64,000 bases of DNA from NCBI GenBank assembly GCA_963736855.1, contig CAVTQK010000015.1, positions 256,001 to 320,000 on the forward strand, given 5' to 3'. Below the pieces are notes generated by a model. It was given only the letters and a program-made list of their open reading frames with translations. It was not told the DNA's origin and searched no databases. Below are positions 1 to 10,187 of the stretch, piece after piece; position 1 is the first letter of the stretch; each line of letters starts with the position of its first letter. The translations under genes were made by a program, and so were the position numbers. Source of the stretch: an uncultured delta proteobacterium. Lineage in GTDB: Bacteria > Desulfobacterota > Desulfobacteria > Desulfobacterales > UBA2156.

Positions 1-2
1 GG

Positions 3-1028
3 GAAGGTCGGCGGGTCCTGTACGTATCCGGAGAAGAGTCGGTCATCCAGCTCAGCATGCGCAGCCACCGACTGGGAACGGTCTCTCCCAACATCCTGGT
101 GGTCTCGGAAATCGACATGAACGCTGTCTTACCCATGGTGGAATCCATCAAGCCGGATGTCCTGGTGGTCGATTCCGTCCAGACCATGTTCAACCCGGAG
201 ATTTCGTCGGCTCCCGGAAGCGTGAGCCAGGTTCGGGAGACCGCCATGCGTCTCATGCTCATGGCAAAACGGACCGGCATCGCGGTCTTCGTGGTGGGAC
301 ATGTGACCAAGGAGGGAGCCATCGCCGGTCCGCGCCTCCTGGAACACATGGTGGATACGGTTTTGTATTTCGAAGGGGACCGGAACCATGTTTACCGGAT
401 TTTGCGGGCGGTGAAGAACCGGTTCGGTTCCACCAACGAGATCGGTGTCTTCGAGATGAAGGAGCAGGGGCTTGCCGAGGTGGCCAACCCTTCCGCGGCC
501 TTTCTTTCCGAGCGTCCGGAAGGCTCGCCGGGCTCTGTGGTTACCGCCAGCCTGGAAGGGACCCGACCCATTCTGGTGGAGCTGCAATCCCTGGTTTCCC
601 GCTCCTATCTGACCAACCCGAGACGAACCAGCCTGGGGCTCGATCCCAATCGGGTGGCGCTTCTGGTGGCGGTGATGGAAAAAAAACTGGGGATGGCTTT
701 AATGGGGCTGGACATCTTCATGAACGTGGCCGGCGGGGTGCGGGTGGACGAGCCCGCGGTGGATCTTGGAATCGTTACAGCCGTGGCATCCGGGTTTTTA
801 GATGTCCCCATTTCCGAGGAGACGGTGGTTTTGGGCGAGGTGGGTCTTACCGGCGAAGTGAGGGCTATCGGTCATGCGGAAGTCCGGGTGGCGGAAATCC
901 GAAAGATGGGTTTTTCCCGTTGCCTTCTTCCGAAAACCACCCTAAAACGGATGTCCAAAATGGACGGTATCCAGTTGATTGGCGTTCAAAACGTTTCAGA
1001 GGCGGCCGAAGTGCTCTTCCGCCGATAA
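3..1028 (+). CDS. radA: DNA repair protein RadA/Sms, 5'-truncated by window edge
   Basis: Frame open from base 3 (VLYVSGEES); VDSVQT Walker B, GHVTKEG, KNRFG motif, Lon-like C-terminal domain. Confidence 0.97.
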   Translation, partial: EGRRVLYVSGEESVIQLSMRSHRLGTVSPNILVVSEIDMNAVLPMVESIKPDVLVVDSVQTMFNPEISSAPGSVSQVRETAMRLMLMAKRTGIAVFVVGHVTKEGAIAGPRLLEHMVDTVLYFEGDRNHVYRILRAVKNRFGSTNEIGVFEMKEQGLAEVANPSAAFLSERPEGSPGSVVTASLEGTRPILVELQSLVSRSYLTNPRRTSLGLDPNRVALLVAVMEKKLGMALMGLDIFMNVAGGVRVDEPAVDLGIVTAVASGFLDVPISEETVVLGEVGLTGEVRAIGHAEVRVAEIRKMGFSRCLLPKTTLKRMSKMDGIQLIGVQNVSEAAEVLFRR

Positions 1029-1043
1029 GGATAAAGGTAGGAC

Positions 1044-1664
1044 ATGGCTATGAAAAGACCCATCAAACCGGATAGCTTCAGAAAGAACCCCTGGAGCGAT
1101 CATTACACACACTTGGCCCGGAAAACCGGTTATCCGGCCCGATCGGTTTTCAAGCTCCAGGAGATCCAGCGGAAATACCGTCTCATCAAGAAGGGCCACC
1201 GCATTTTGGATTTGGGGTGTGCGCCGGGGTCGTGGCTGATGTATGCCTCCGAGCTGACGGGAGACCGGGGGCTGGTGGTGGGATTGGACCTCAAGCCGGT
1301 AACCGTTTCCCTGGCGCCTCATGTGACGGCTCTCGTGATGGATGTTTTTTCAGAGGACGCCTCAGCCTGGGAAGCGGTAGGATCGGGTTTTAATGTGGTT
1401 CTCTCGGATATGGCCCCGGACACCACAGGGGCAAAGGACGTGGATGCGGTCCGGTCCCTGCAGTTGTCTGAACGGGCCTTTTCCATCGCCCGGGACCGGC
1501 TGGCATCGGGCGGGTCTTTCGTATGCAAGATTTTTTTCGGAGAGGACGTCAAGGCCTTTTCGGAGATCGTCCGGAAGGCGTTTTCCCAACTGAAGCTTTT
1601 CAAACCGGGAGCCATCCGAAAGGCAAGCCGGGAAATTTATCTCATCGGAATGAATAAACTTTAG
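1044..1664 (+). CDS. rlmE: 23S rRNA 2'-O-methyltransferase RlmE/FtsJ
   Basis: YPARSVFKL, LDLGCAPGSW SAM-binding motif, VLSDMAP, SREIY. Confidence 0.95.
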   Translation: MAMKRPIKPDSFRKNPWSDHYTHLARKTGYPARSVFKLQEIQRKYRLIKKGHRILDLGCAPGSWLMYASELTGDRGLVVGLDLKPVTVSLAPHVTALVMDVFSEDASAWEAVGSGFNVVLSDMAPDTTGAKDVDAVRSLQLSERAFSIARDRLASGGSFVCKIFFGEDVKAFSEIVRKAFSQLKLFKPGAIRKASREIYLIGMNKL

Positions 1665-1673
1665 GAGGAGACG

Positions 1674-2420
1674 ATGTCGGGGCACAGTAAGTGGTCCACC
1701 ATCAAGCATAAGAAAGGGGCGGCTGACGCCCGGCGGGGGAAGATATTCACGAAGCTCATCAAAGAAATCACTGTTGCCGCACGCATGGGGGGCGGCGATC
1801 AGGCCGGGAATCCCCGCTTGCGTCAGGCCATCCTGGCGGCCAAAGCCGAGAACATGCCCAAGGAAAATATCGAACGCGCCATCAAGAAAGGGACCGGTGA
1901 GCTGGAAGGCGTCAGCTACGATGAGAGCATCTATGAGGGGTATGGGCCGGGCGGTGCCGCCATCCTGGTGGAGTCGCTGACGGACAACAAGAACCGGGCC
2001 GTTTCCGAGATCCGGCACCTTTTCAATAAAAACGGCGGCAGCCTGGGAGAAAGTGGGTGCGTGGCCTGGATGTTTTCCAAGAAGGGGTATTTCGAAATTA
2101 AAAAAGGCGCGGTGGAAGAGGAAAAGCTCATGGAAATCGCCCTGGAGGCCGGCGCGGAAGACGTTCGGGAAGACGACGGCAGTTTCGAAGTTATCTCGGA
2201 CCCCGACGATTTCGAGGCGATCAAGGCCGCCTTGGAAAAGGCGTCCATTGCGACCGAAGCGGGAGAGGTCACGATGGTTCCAAACAGCACGGCCAATCTT
2301 ACGGGTAAGGACGCAGAGCAGATAGTGAGACTTATGGAGGCCCTGGAGGATTGCGAGGATGTGCAGAAGGCGTATACCAACGCCGACATCCCGGACAACA
2401 TCGTGAGCGGCATCTCTTAG
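1674..2420 (+). CDS. yebC: YebC/PmpR family protein
   Basis: [15 protein letters not shown]-terminus, [22 protein letters not shown]. Confidence 0.97.
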   Translation: MSGHSKWSTIKHKKGAADARRGKIFTKLIKEITVAARMGGGDQAGNPRLRQAILAAKAENMPKENIERAIKKGTGELEGVSYDESIYEGYGPGGAAILVESLTDNKNRAVSEIRHLFNKNGGSLGESGCVAWMFSKKGYFEIKKGAVEEEKLMEIALEAGAEDVREDDGSFEVISDPDDFEAIKAALEKASIATEAGEVTMVPNSTANLTGKDAEQIVRLMEALEDCEDVQKAYTNADIPDNIVSGIS

Positions 2421-2443
2421 GGTTTTAAGGAAAAACTGAAAAT

Positions 2444-3349
2444 TCAGGCCGAAATTTCAATCATCCGCTGAACTGCCTTCAGGGCAGGTTTTCGAATCGA
2501 TTCCTGCACTTTCACTTCCCCTTCCATGCATTCCAGGCTCCGGATGACATCTTTGAGGGTGATCTTCTTCATATTTTTGCACACCATCTTTTCCGATGCC
2601 GGATAAAAGCGCTTCCCCGGATTTTCCTTTTTCAGAGGGTAGAGCAGGCCCACTTCGGTTCCTACGATGAAAGCCGAGTGGTCGGATTCCCGGGCAAAGC
2701 GCAGCATCCCCGAGGTACTGAAGATTTTATCGGCCAAAGCCAGGACGTCGGGTCGGCATTCGGGATGGGCCATAAATAGCGCATCCGGATGGGCGGCTTT
2801 TGTGTCGTACACGTCTTCGGGCTTCAGTAATTCATGGACAGGGCAGAAACCGTCCCACCAGTGTATAATCTTGTCGGTCCGGGATGCGGTGTACTGGGCG
2901 AGATTTCGATCCGGTGTCATCAGGACCTCTCCGGCTTCCAGGCTGTTGACGACCTGGACGGCGTTTGCCGAGGTGCAGCAGATGGTGGAAAGGGCCTTCA
3001 CATCGGCCGTGGAGTTCACATAGGTGACCACCGGCATGGCACCGATGGTTCGGATCTTTTTTGTAAGAGCTTCGGCGGTGATCATGTCCGCCATGGGGCA
3101 TCCGACGTCTTTGCGCGGCAGCAAAACAACCTTGTCCGGGGATAGGATGGACGCGGTCTCCGCCATGAAGTGGACTCCGCAAAATACGATGACATCGGCG
3201 TCCGTGGCCGCCGCTTTCCGGCTCAGTTCCAGAGAGTCGCCGCAAAGATCCGCCAAGTCCTGGATCTCGGGAGGCTGGTAATTATGGACCAGAAGGATCG
3301 CATGGCGTTCCTTCAACAATCGTCTAATGGTTTCGTGTTCTGGGGTCAT
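2444..3349 (-). CDS. nadA: Quinolinate synthase A
   Basis: [36 protein letters not shown], three Fe-S cysteines. Confidence 0.97.
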   Translation of the reverse strand: MTPEHETIRRLLKERHAILLVHNYQPPEIQDLADLCGDSLELSRKAAATDADVIVFCGVHFMAETASILSPDKVVLLPRKDVGCPMADMITAEALTKKIRTIGAMPVVTYVNSTADVKALSTICCTSANAVQVVNSLEAGEVLMTPDRNLAQYTASRTDKIIHWWDGFCPVHELLKPEDVYDTKAAHPDALFMAHPECRPDVLALADKIFSTSGMLRFARESDHSAFIVGTEVGLLYPLKKENPGKRFYPASEKMVCKNMKKITLKDVIRSLECMEGEVKVQESIRKPALKAVQRMIEISA

Positions 3350-3353
3350 GAGG

Positions 3354-4055
3354 CTATTTTTCTCCCTCCAGTTCGAAGACCTCGGTGGATTTGGGGATCT
3401 CCATATTAAACAGGCTATCGTCGAGTTTCAGATCGAACCGGTATTCCGACAAAACGATCTGAGTTTCATCCTTGTAAACATTTCGTGTGCTGATGAGGGT
3501 GATGCGAAAGGTTTCCGGATCCACCGAAATCAGAAGGTCGGCCAGCTCGGGGACATGCTTCTTGGGCATAAGCTTCAACACGGCCGGAAGACCCGGTTTG
3601 CCGGATTCCAGAGAAACATAAAACTGGTCTCTCAAGGTGCGGATATCCGACAGAAAGCTACCTCCCTGGCCGCCTCCCAGGTATGGAGGGGCTTTTCCCA
3701 TCATAACCTGATTATCCAGGGGCCGATGGATCCACAGGGTCTTGCCGTCGGTGAGGATGATCTGTTTTTCCGGCTCTTCGTATTCCCAGCGCATCCGGTT
3801 CGGATGCTTGACGAAGATTCTCCCGGTTGCAGTGTCGATAATGTCCATGGCCGCCAAAGTGGAAGTCTGGTGGAAGCGGGCTGAAAACCCGGTTCCCAAA
3901 TAACATTCCTCAATTCCTTTAAGGATCGCTTCGAGGGCAGGATCGGCGGTGGTTCCGGGACGCTTTTCGGACGCTTTCCCCGTGGAAACGGAAGCGGTAG
4001 CGATGATTAGAGCCGCCAGGTATATTGCCGTCGCGCGCGTTAAGAACATCCACAT
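3354..4055 (-). CDS. lolA: Outer membrane lipoprotein carrier LolA family
   Basis: Signal peptide; [31 protein letters not shown] motif. Confidence 0.85.
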   Translation of the reverse strand: MWMFLTRATAIYLAALIIATASVSTGKASEKRPGTTADPALEAILKGIEECYLGTGFSARFHQTSTLAAMDIIDTATGRIFVKHPNRMRWEYEEPEKQIILTDGKTLWIHRPLDNQVMMGKAPPYLGGGQGGSFLSDIRTLRDQFYVSLESGKPGLPAVLKLMPKKHVPELADLLISVDPETFRITLISTRNVYKDETQIVLSEYRFDLKLDDSLFNMEIPKSTEVFELEGEK

Positions 4056-4082
4056 GTCCGCCTTTCTCCTTTTGCAAAGCGT

Positions 4083-4970
4083 CTATAAAAAGAGCCGGGA
4101 AGAAATCCGATCGATGATATCGATCTTTTTCATGAGATCTTCCGTGTCTACGTAAGGGAGCCGTGCACCGGACATGATCCGGATTTCCGGGGTTTTTTCA
4201 TTCAGGTGTCGGGTGATATTCGCCCCTATTTCCAAGCCTTTCAGGTAAAGACTTCGCCGATGGGATAGGCTTTCAGCTAAATCATTTTCATCCCCCGGTG
4301 CTTCCAAAAAAGCAAGAAAAAAGGAAAAACAGGAAAAGAAGTCGTGTGAGTCGATCGGAAAGCGCGTCAAAAAGGCGCATAGGGCTTCGATCCCATAAGG
4401 GGTTGTATCGGCCCGACTGTGGCGGATCATGGCTTTGATCCGGGAGGCAACCGTTACGCCGGCGGATTGATCCGTAAAATCGGTCTCCTGATGACTGAAA
4501 GCCGTATCGACGGCTTCCAGAATTCTCGAATCCAGGCGCCTGGAAATACGGAGCTTCCGGATAAAAAAAGCCGCCGCATCCGGGGGTACGGTAAGAAGCA
4601 CCGGTTTTTCACCCGGAAAAATCAGGGTGGCCTGAGGATTTCTTTCCATGAGCAAGAAGAGGACCCGGTCTTCGTCCTCATGAATCAAATCAGCTGCTTG
4701 GAGGAAACTCTCCAAATGAACCTGGATCGATTCGCCGGGGAAAAAGAGGAGTTCGATCAACGGTTCGCGTTCGCTGTGATTCGGATCGGTCATGATGTCG
4801 CAAAGATGAGAAAGATCGGTCAAAGAGAGGGTATCTTCGATGTAGTGCACCGTTTTTTTTTCGATTTTGAGACCCCCGGTGAAAACGTGTTCGATCCGCA
4901 GGGCCAGCTCCTTGCAAGCCGCATTTTGCCCACCCGGACCCTTCCTTTTACTTGTATCGTCTTTAGACAT
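4083..4970 (-). CDS. Hypothetical protein
   Basis: 295-aa ORF co-oriented and tightly packed between the response regulator and lolA; AAGG RBS; no motif recognised. Confidence 0.75.
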   Translation of the reverse strand: MSKDDTSKRKGPGGQNAACKELALRIEHVFTGGLKIEKKTVHYIEDTLSLTDLSHLCDIMTDPNHSEREPLIELLFFPGESIQVHLESFLQAADLIHEDEDRVLFLLMERNPQATLIFPGEKPVLLTVPPDAAAFFIRKLRISRRLDSRILEAVDTAFSHQETDFTDQSAGVTVASRIKAMIRHSRADTTPYGIEALCAFLTRFPIDSHDFFSCFSFFLAFLEAPGDENDLAESLSHRRSLYLKGLEIGANITRHLNEKTPEIRIMSGARLPYVDTEDLMKKIDIIDRISSRLFL

Positions 4971-4994
4971 ATCGGCTTTCTTAGAAAAGGGTCA

Positions 4995-6374
4995 TCAGGG
5001 CATGGCTCCGTATTGCTTCAGTTTCTTGTGCAGGGTCTTGCGGGTAATGCCGAGCCGTCGAGCCGCCTCGCTTTTGTTTCCCCCTACCGCCTGTATCGTA
5101 TTCAAAATAGTGGCCTTTTCCACTTCGTCAAGCGGCAGGTTTGCCATGGCTTCCGGGAGCGCGATGGCGCTGTTTTCCGGCAAACCCTCATGGCTGTCGG
5201 ATGCCGGGATCATGGGAAGATCTTTTTCATCGATGATTTCGCTTCTCGAAAGCACCACCGCCCGTTCCACGGCGTTTATGAGTTCCCGGACGTTTCCGGG
5301 CCAGTCGTTTCGGATCAGACGGTCCATGGCAGCGGGTGTGAACCCTTTGATCGCCTTTTGATTCTTGGCGGAAAGAGTTTCGAGGAAGTGCTGGGCCAAA
5401 AGCGGAATGTCCGGCCGTCGCTGCCTGAGAGGCGGCACATCCAGGTTGATCACATTGAGCCGGTAATAAAGATCCTCCCTGAATTTTCCTGCCTTGATCC
5501 ATTCTTCCAGGTTCCTGTTGGTGGCGGCGATCATGCGGACATCCACCGGGATGACCTGGTCTCCGCCGACCCGGGTAACTTCCCGCTCCTGGAGGACCCT
5601 CAGCAATTTCACCTGCATGGGCATAGACATTTCGCTGATCTCATCGAGAAACAGGGTTCCTCCGTGGGCCTGCACGAACCGGCCTTCTTTGCGCCGGTCC
5701 GCACCGGTAAACGCCCCTTTCTCATGGCCGAAGAGCTCCGATTCCAAAAGGGTTTCGGTGATGGCTGCGCAGTTGATTTTCACAAAGGCGCCGCTTTTAC
5801 GGTGGCTGTTGAAATGGATGGCCCCGGCGATGAGTTCCTTTCCCGTCCCCGATTCTCCGGTGATCAGCACGGTGGCTTCCGAGGGGGCTACCTGAGCGAC
5901 AGTCTCCAACAGCCGGCCCATCCTATCGCTTTGACCGATGATGTTCTGGCGGTCGAATTGTTTTCCCAGGCTTTCTTTGAGGAGGCGGTTTTCCTCCTTG
6001 AGCCGGGTGTGTTCCATGGCCCGCTCCATGGTCAGCTTCAGCTTGTCGAAATCCAGCGGCTTGGTGAGGTAATCATAGGCCCCTTTCTTGAGGGTTGAAA
6101 CGGCGGTTTCAATGGAGGAGTACGCTGTCATGATGATTACGGGTATGGCCGGATTGAAGGCTTTGATGCGATCCAGGGCCTCGATACCGGAGACTTTGAG
6201 CATCCGGATATCCATGAGGACCAGGTCGAATGGGCGCTTCTCCACCGCTCCGATGGCGGTGGATCCGTCGTCTGCCTCGAAGATTTCATATCCCCATTCC
6301 GCGAGGAGAACCCTCAGCATGGACCGGTGGGCGGTATCGTCGTCGACTACAAGTATGGTGTTGGGCTTTTTCAT
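4995..6374 (-). CDS. Sigma-54-dependent response regulator, ZraR/HydG-like
   Basis: Receiver domain (VDDD, DLVLMD), GESGTGKE, ESELFGHEKGAFTGA, C-terminal HTH GGNKSEAARRLGITRKTL resembling ZraR. Confidence 0.92.
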   Translation of the reverse strand: MKKPNTILVVDDDTAHRSMLRVLLAEWGYEIFEADDGSTAIGAVEKRPFDLVLMDIRMLKVSGIEALDRIKAFNPAIPVIIMTAYSSIETAVSTLKKGAYDYLTKPLDFDKLKLTMERAMEHTRLKEENRLLKESLGKQFDRQNIIGQSDRMGRLLETVAQVAPSEATVLITGESGTGKELIAGAIHFNSHRKSGAFVKINCAAITETLLESELFGHEKGAFTGADRRKEGRFVQAHGGTLFLDEISEMSMPMQVKLLRVLQEREVTRVGGDQVIPVDVRMIAATNRNLEEWIKAGKFREDLYYRLNVINLDVPPLRQRRPDIPLLAQHFLETLSAKNQKAIKGFTPAAMDRLIRNDWPGNVRELINAVERAVVLSRSEIIDEKDLPMIPASDSHEGLPENSAIALPEAMANLPLDEVEKATILNTIQAVGGNKSEAARRLGITRKTLHKKLKQYGAMP

Positions 6375-8134
6375 GGCTCTTTTCTGTCCGCACCGGGGAA
6401 GAGAAGGGTCATGGTGGTCCCTTTCCCCGGCCGGCTGTCCACCTGTATTTGGGCCCCATGGGCTTCTAGAATATTGTATACGATGGCAAGTCCCAGGCCG
6501 GTTCCAGCGGCCTTTGCGGTAAAATAAGGGTCGAAAATGTGCCCCAGGTCCTCGGGATTGATTCCGATTCCGGTGTCCTGGATCTTGATTTCGATGTCGT
6601 AAGAATCCGTCTTTCTGGAACCTGCGATGCGCAGCCGGCCGCCCGGGTCCATGGCCTCCAGGGCGTTGAGATAAAGGTTTAAAAGCACCTGGGAGACCTG
6701 ATCCGGATCGATGAAGCCTTCCATTTCCGCCGGTATCCGGATATCGATATCGATCCCCTTTTCTTTGGCCTGGCCCTCCACGAGTTTGACCGAGTCGGCG
6801 ATAAAGGGTTCTAGTTTCATGAGTTTCTTTTGGATTGTCACCGGCCGCGCAAAATCGAGAAGTTGCCCCACCACTTTGTTGAGGCGATCCACCTCCTGGA
6901 TCATGATCCCTGAGATCTGCTGATCTTCCTGTTTTTCCCGGTAGCGCTCCTTGAAATAGGTGGCAAAGCCCTTGATGGAACTCAAGGGGTTCCGGATTTC
7001 ATGAGCAACCCCTGCAGCCAGTCTTCCCACAGAGGCCATCCGCTGGCTCCTGGCGATTTCCTTTTTCAGGGTGCGGACCTCCGTAAGGTCTTTGAAAAGC
7101 ACCAGATGCCCGAGATATCCCCCATCATCGTCTCTCAGTCCGGAAACGATGACCTCCAGGGGAACTCTTTCGCCGGTTTTGAGCGTGCAGTCGATCTCCT
7201 TTTCCAGCAGGCTTTCGGATTGCGCCTCCAGGATCAGGGAGGCCAGTTCACGCGGCAAAATATTCCGTGCTTCCCGGCCCACCGACTCGGCGGGCGGCAG
7301 GCCCAGAAGGGAACCCCCCACATGGTTTAAAGAGGCGATTTTCCCTATCGCATCGGTGGCCAGAAGGCCGATGGGCATATTATCCACCACGTTATCGGAA
7401 AAGGCCTTGATCCTGGACAGACTTGTTTTGGCGGCGCGGTAGTTTTGGGCCAAGAACAAAAGGATGATTCCGGCAAACCCGATGAGCAGCAGAATCACCC
7501 CCATAACCACTGTATGTTGGGTGTCGGCCTTCATGGCTTCTTCCACGGTGCTCATATCAAGACCTACAAAAATGACCAGCCCTGGAGGGCGTCCCTCCGG
7601 CCTTCCCTCCAGGAGGGATTCAAAAAGATGATCGAACATCATTCTGCCTCGATGTCTTCCGATCCCTGGACTGGAAGGCGCGAACCGGCTCACGACTTCA
7701 AAGATCTTTCCTTTGCTTGCAGTGTCCAACAGCCGCCACTGAACGGTATCCGACTGAAAAAGGCGCTTCAGATCGATTTCTTGGCCGTGCTTTTTACCGA
7801 TCCGTGAGGGGTCGTTATGAGCGAGGATGGCGCCGTCGGTGTTGGTGACCAGCAGGTAGACGATGTCCGGTTGCTGAGCGGTTTCCGTCAAAAGTCGTTG
7901 TAACTGGAACCCGTCCCAGTGCATCCCCATCATTCCGGTTCGGGTCCCGGCTTCGAAGGCGCGGATGAGGGCGGCTCCTTTTTCAAGAAGGAGGCGGGTG
8001 CTGCTCTCTTTCTCCCGGTTGATGTTTTCAAAGGTCAGGAAAGCGAAAATCGGGAACAGGACCACCACCGCGCCGATGAAAACCCAGGGTGGAACCATGG
8101 TCAGGAATTTATTTTTGAGAGGCTTGAAGTCCAT
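6371..8134 (-). CDS. Sensor histidine kinase, ZraS/HydH-like (start uncertain, 8134-8146)
   Basis: Two TM segments, LLEKGAALIRAFEAGTRTGM, PAS, H-box LAAGVAHEIRNPLSSIKGFA, N/G boxes; 4-bp overlap with regulator. Confidence 0.9.
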   Translation of the reverse strand: MDFKPLKNKFLTMVPPWVFIGAVVVLFPIFAFLTFENINREKESSTRLLLEKGAALIRAFEAGTRTGMMGMHWDGFQLQRLLTETAQQPDIVYLLVTNTDGAILAHNDPSRIGKKHGQEIDLKRLFQSDTVQWRLLDTASKGKIFEVVSRFAPSSPGIGRHRGRMMFDHLFESLLEGRPEGRPPGLVIFVGLDMSTVEEAMKADTQHTVVMGVILLLIGFAGIILLFLAQNYRAAKTSLSRIKAFSDNVVDNMPIGLLATDAIGKIASLNHVGGSLLGLPPAESVGREARNILPRELASLILEAQSESLLEKEIDCTLKTGERVPLEVIVSGLRDDDGGYLGHLVLFKDLTEVRTLKKEIARSQRMASVGRLAAGVAHEIRNPLSSIKGFATYFKERYREKQEDQQISGIMIQEVDRLNKVVGQLLDFARPVTIQKKLMKLEPFIADSVKLVEGQAKEKGIDIDIRIPAEMEGFIDPDQVSQVLLNLYLNALEAMDPGGRLRIAGSRKTDSYDIEIKIQDTGIGINPEDLGHIFDPYFTAKAAGTGLGLAIVYNILEAHGAQIQVDSRPGKGTTMTLLFPGADRKEP

Positions 8135-8148
8135 CATTTCCAACATAA

Positions 8149-8165
8149 AGCAAAACCGATGCCAT
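8149..8165 (-). promoter_or_regulatory. Sigma-54 (-24/-12) promoter facing the sensor kinase
   Basis: Minus strand ATGGCATCGGTTTTGCT = GG-N10-GC. Confidence 0.65.
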
Positions 8166-8193
8166 ATCCGAATAGGGCTTCAGGTGATGAACT

Positions 8194-8249
8194 GGATACA
8201 TTTTACCCGATCCATGAAAAGAAAGCCCTTTGTTGGATATTTTTTATCC
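8194..8249. promoter_or_regulatory. Pair of palindromic candidate enhancer (activator-binding) sites
   Basis: GGATACATTTTACCC (8194-8208) and GGATATTTTTTATCC (8235-8249), consensus GGRTA-N5-TAYCC, 41 bp apart. Confidence 0.55.
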
Positions 8250-8347
8250 ATCATTTTCAAAAAAATCACAAGTGGTTTGTGCTTCAACCCACATACGGGT
8301 ATATAAAATCGGGCTTTTAAGGAGCAGTGAAACTGCCGCCGAGGTTG

Positions 8348-8364
8348 CTGGCATGTCTTTCGCA
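8348..8364 (+). promoter_or_regulatory. Sigma-54 promoter facing degP/degQ
   Basis: CTGGCATGTCTTTCGCA = GG-N10-GC, about 100-155 bp downstream of the palindromes. Confidence 0.55.
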
Positions 8365-8538
8365 TGTCTTTTCAGCCAATCTTCCGGCCTCATCATGGTC
8401 CGATGGAGTTCTCCTGTTCATCTTCATCGGGCGACAAATTTATCCGGACGTATTGAAACCGCCGGGATAGGTGTTATTTTAATGATTTAAGCATAAATAA
8501 ATCAAAGGGTAAATCATCAGAATCAGGAGGGGAAAAAT

Positions 8539-10005
8539 ATGAACAATTATCGAGTGTTGGAAACCTTTACAGTCAAAAAGCAGCACGGCGTGGTTACACT
8601 CCTGCTGGCCGTTGCTTTTCTGGGATTTGTCTCTTTTCTTACGATCCCGGTTGCCCAGGCGGCGGAGAAAGCTCAATTCCTGGTTCCGGGTACCTTCAGT
8701 CAGTTAGCGGACATGGCCAGCCCGGCGGTGGTCAACATTCGGACGGTCAAGACCATTAAAGGCGGCGGGCAAGTGTTTCGCCATTTTTCGAGGCCTCCTA
8801 TGGGTCCCAACGACCCGTTTCAAGACTTTTTTGAACGTTTTTTCGGCGATGAGCGACAACAGGAGTTCAAGCAGCGGAGCCTCGGATCGGGTTTTATCAT
8901 CGACAAGGAAGGGTACATCGTCACCAATAACCACGTTATCGAGAACGCCGATGAAATCCGGGTCCAGTTGAAAAGCGAAAAGGAATACGATGCCGAAATC
9001 GTCGGAAGGGATCCCAATACCGACATCGCTCTCATCAAGATCAAGGAACCCAAAACCCTTCCTGTTCTCAAGTTGGGGAACTCAGATGCTGTTCAGGTGG
9101 GCGAGTGGGTGGTAGCCATCGGGAATCCCTTTGGTCTGGACCATACCGTTACCGCGGGGATCATAAGCGCCAAGGGTCGGGTTATCGGGTCCGGGCCTTA
9201 TGACGATTTCATTCAAACCGACGCCTCTATCAACCCTGGAAACAGCGGGGGTCCCCTAATCAATCTGGCCGGCGAAGTGATCGGCATCAATACCGCCATC
9301 ATCGCCAGTGGTCAGGGGATCGGTTTTGCCATTCCCATCAAGATCGCCATGGGGATCGTGGAGCAGCTCCGCCAGAAGGGCGAAGTGATCCGGGGTTGGC
9401 TGGGCGTGGGTATCCAGGATCTCAAGGGGGAGATGGCGGAATATTACGGCCTCAAAGAAGGGGAAGGGGTGCTCGTGGGCCAAGTCTTCCCCGGAGATCC
9501 GGCGGAAAAGGCGGGGATCCAGCCCAAGGACATCATCCTGGAAGTCAACGGCAAGAAGGTCAAGAGCAGCCGAGAATTAAGCAGGCTGGTTGCGGAGATC
9601 GGTGTTGGGGAAAAGACAAAGGTCAAGGTCCTTCGAAACGGCAAGGAAAAAATCGTCACAGTGACGATCGCCAAGCGGGATGACAAACGCGTTGCAGCAG
9701 AGAAGCCGAAAAAGGAAAATCAAGAGCAGATCGGGGTTCAGGTGACGGAGCTGACTCCGGAAATCGCCCGTCAATTAAACCTGACCGAGACCCAGGGGGT
9801 CGTAGTGGTTGATGTGGCTTCCGGAAGCAAGGCCGAGTCGGCGGGGGTCATGCAGGGAGATTTGATCAAAGAGATCAACCACGAACCCACCCCTTCGGTA
9901 AATGATTTCAAGAAAGTCCTTGAAAAGGTGAAAAAAGGTGAGACGATCCAGATGTTCATCCTGAGAAGAAATATGGGATTTATCATCATCAAGATGACCA
10001 AATAG
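8539..10005 (+). CDS. Periplasmic Do/DegP/DegQ serine endoprotease with two PDZ domains
   Basis: Signal/TM segment; SLGSGFII, TNNHV, DIAL, QTDASINPGNSGGPL, RGWLGV; AGGAGG RBS. Confidence 0.95.
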   Translation: MNNYRVLETFTVKKQHGVVTLLLAVAFLGFVSFLTIPVAQAAEKAQFLVPGTFSQLADMASPAVVNIRTVKTIKGGGQVFRHFSRPPMGPNDPFQDFFERFFGDERQQEFKQRSLGSGFIIDKEGYIVTNNHVIENADEIRVQLKSEKEYDAEIVGRDPNTDIALIKIKEPKTLPVLKLGNSDAVQVGEWVVAIGNPFGLDHTVTAGIISAKGRVIGSGPYDDFIQTDASINPGNSGGPLINLAGEVIGINTAIIASGQGIGFAIPIKIAMGIVEQLRQKGEVIRGWLGVGIQDLKGEMAEYYGLKEGEGVLVGQVFPGDPAEKAGIQPKDIILEVNGKKVKSSRELSRLVAEIGVGEKTKVKVLRNGKEKIVTVTIAKRDDKRVAAEKPKKENQEQIGVQVTELTPEIARQLNLTETQGVVVVDVASGSKAESAGVMQGDLIKEINHEPTPSVNDFKKVLEKVKKGETIQMFILRRNMGFIIIKMTK

Positions 10006-10187
10006 GTTCGGGTGTTACATTCGACCATTGTGGACAGGTGACGAGTGTCGAGTGACAATAGGCCGCAGGCGATGGGCGATAGGTGACCGGCGATGGGTAT
10101 TGGACCCGAGCCAACAACCTGTCGCCCAACGTTTTTTTTAACTCAAAACGATTCGATAGACCGGATCGATCCAGGGAAGACCATGAC

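Noticed and set aside
4419..6098. 559-aa plus-strand ORF
   Set aside because: Antisense shadow of the sigma-54 regulator; no motif of its own
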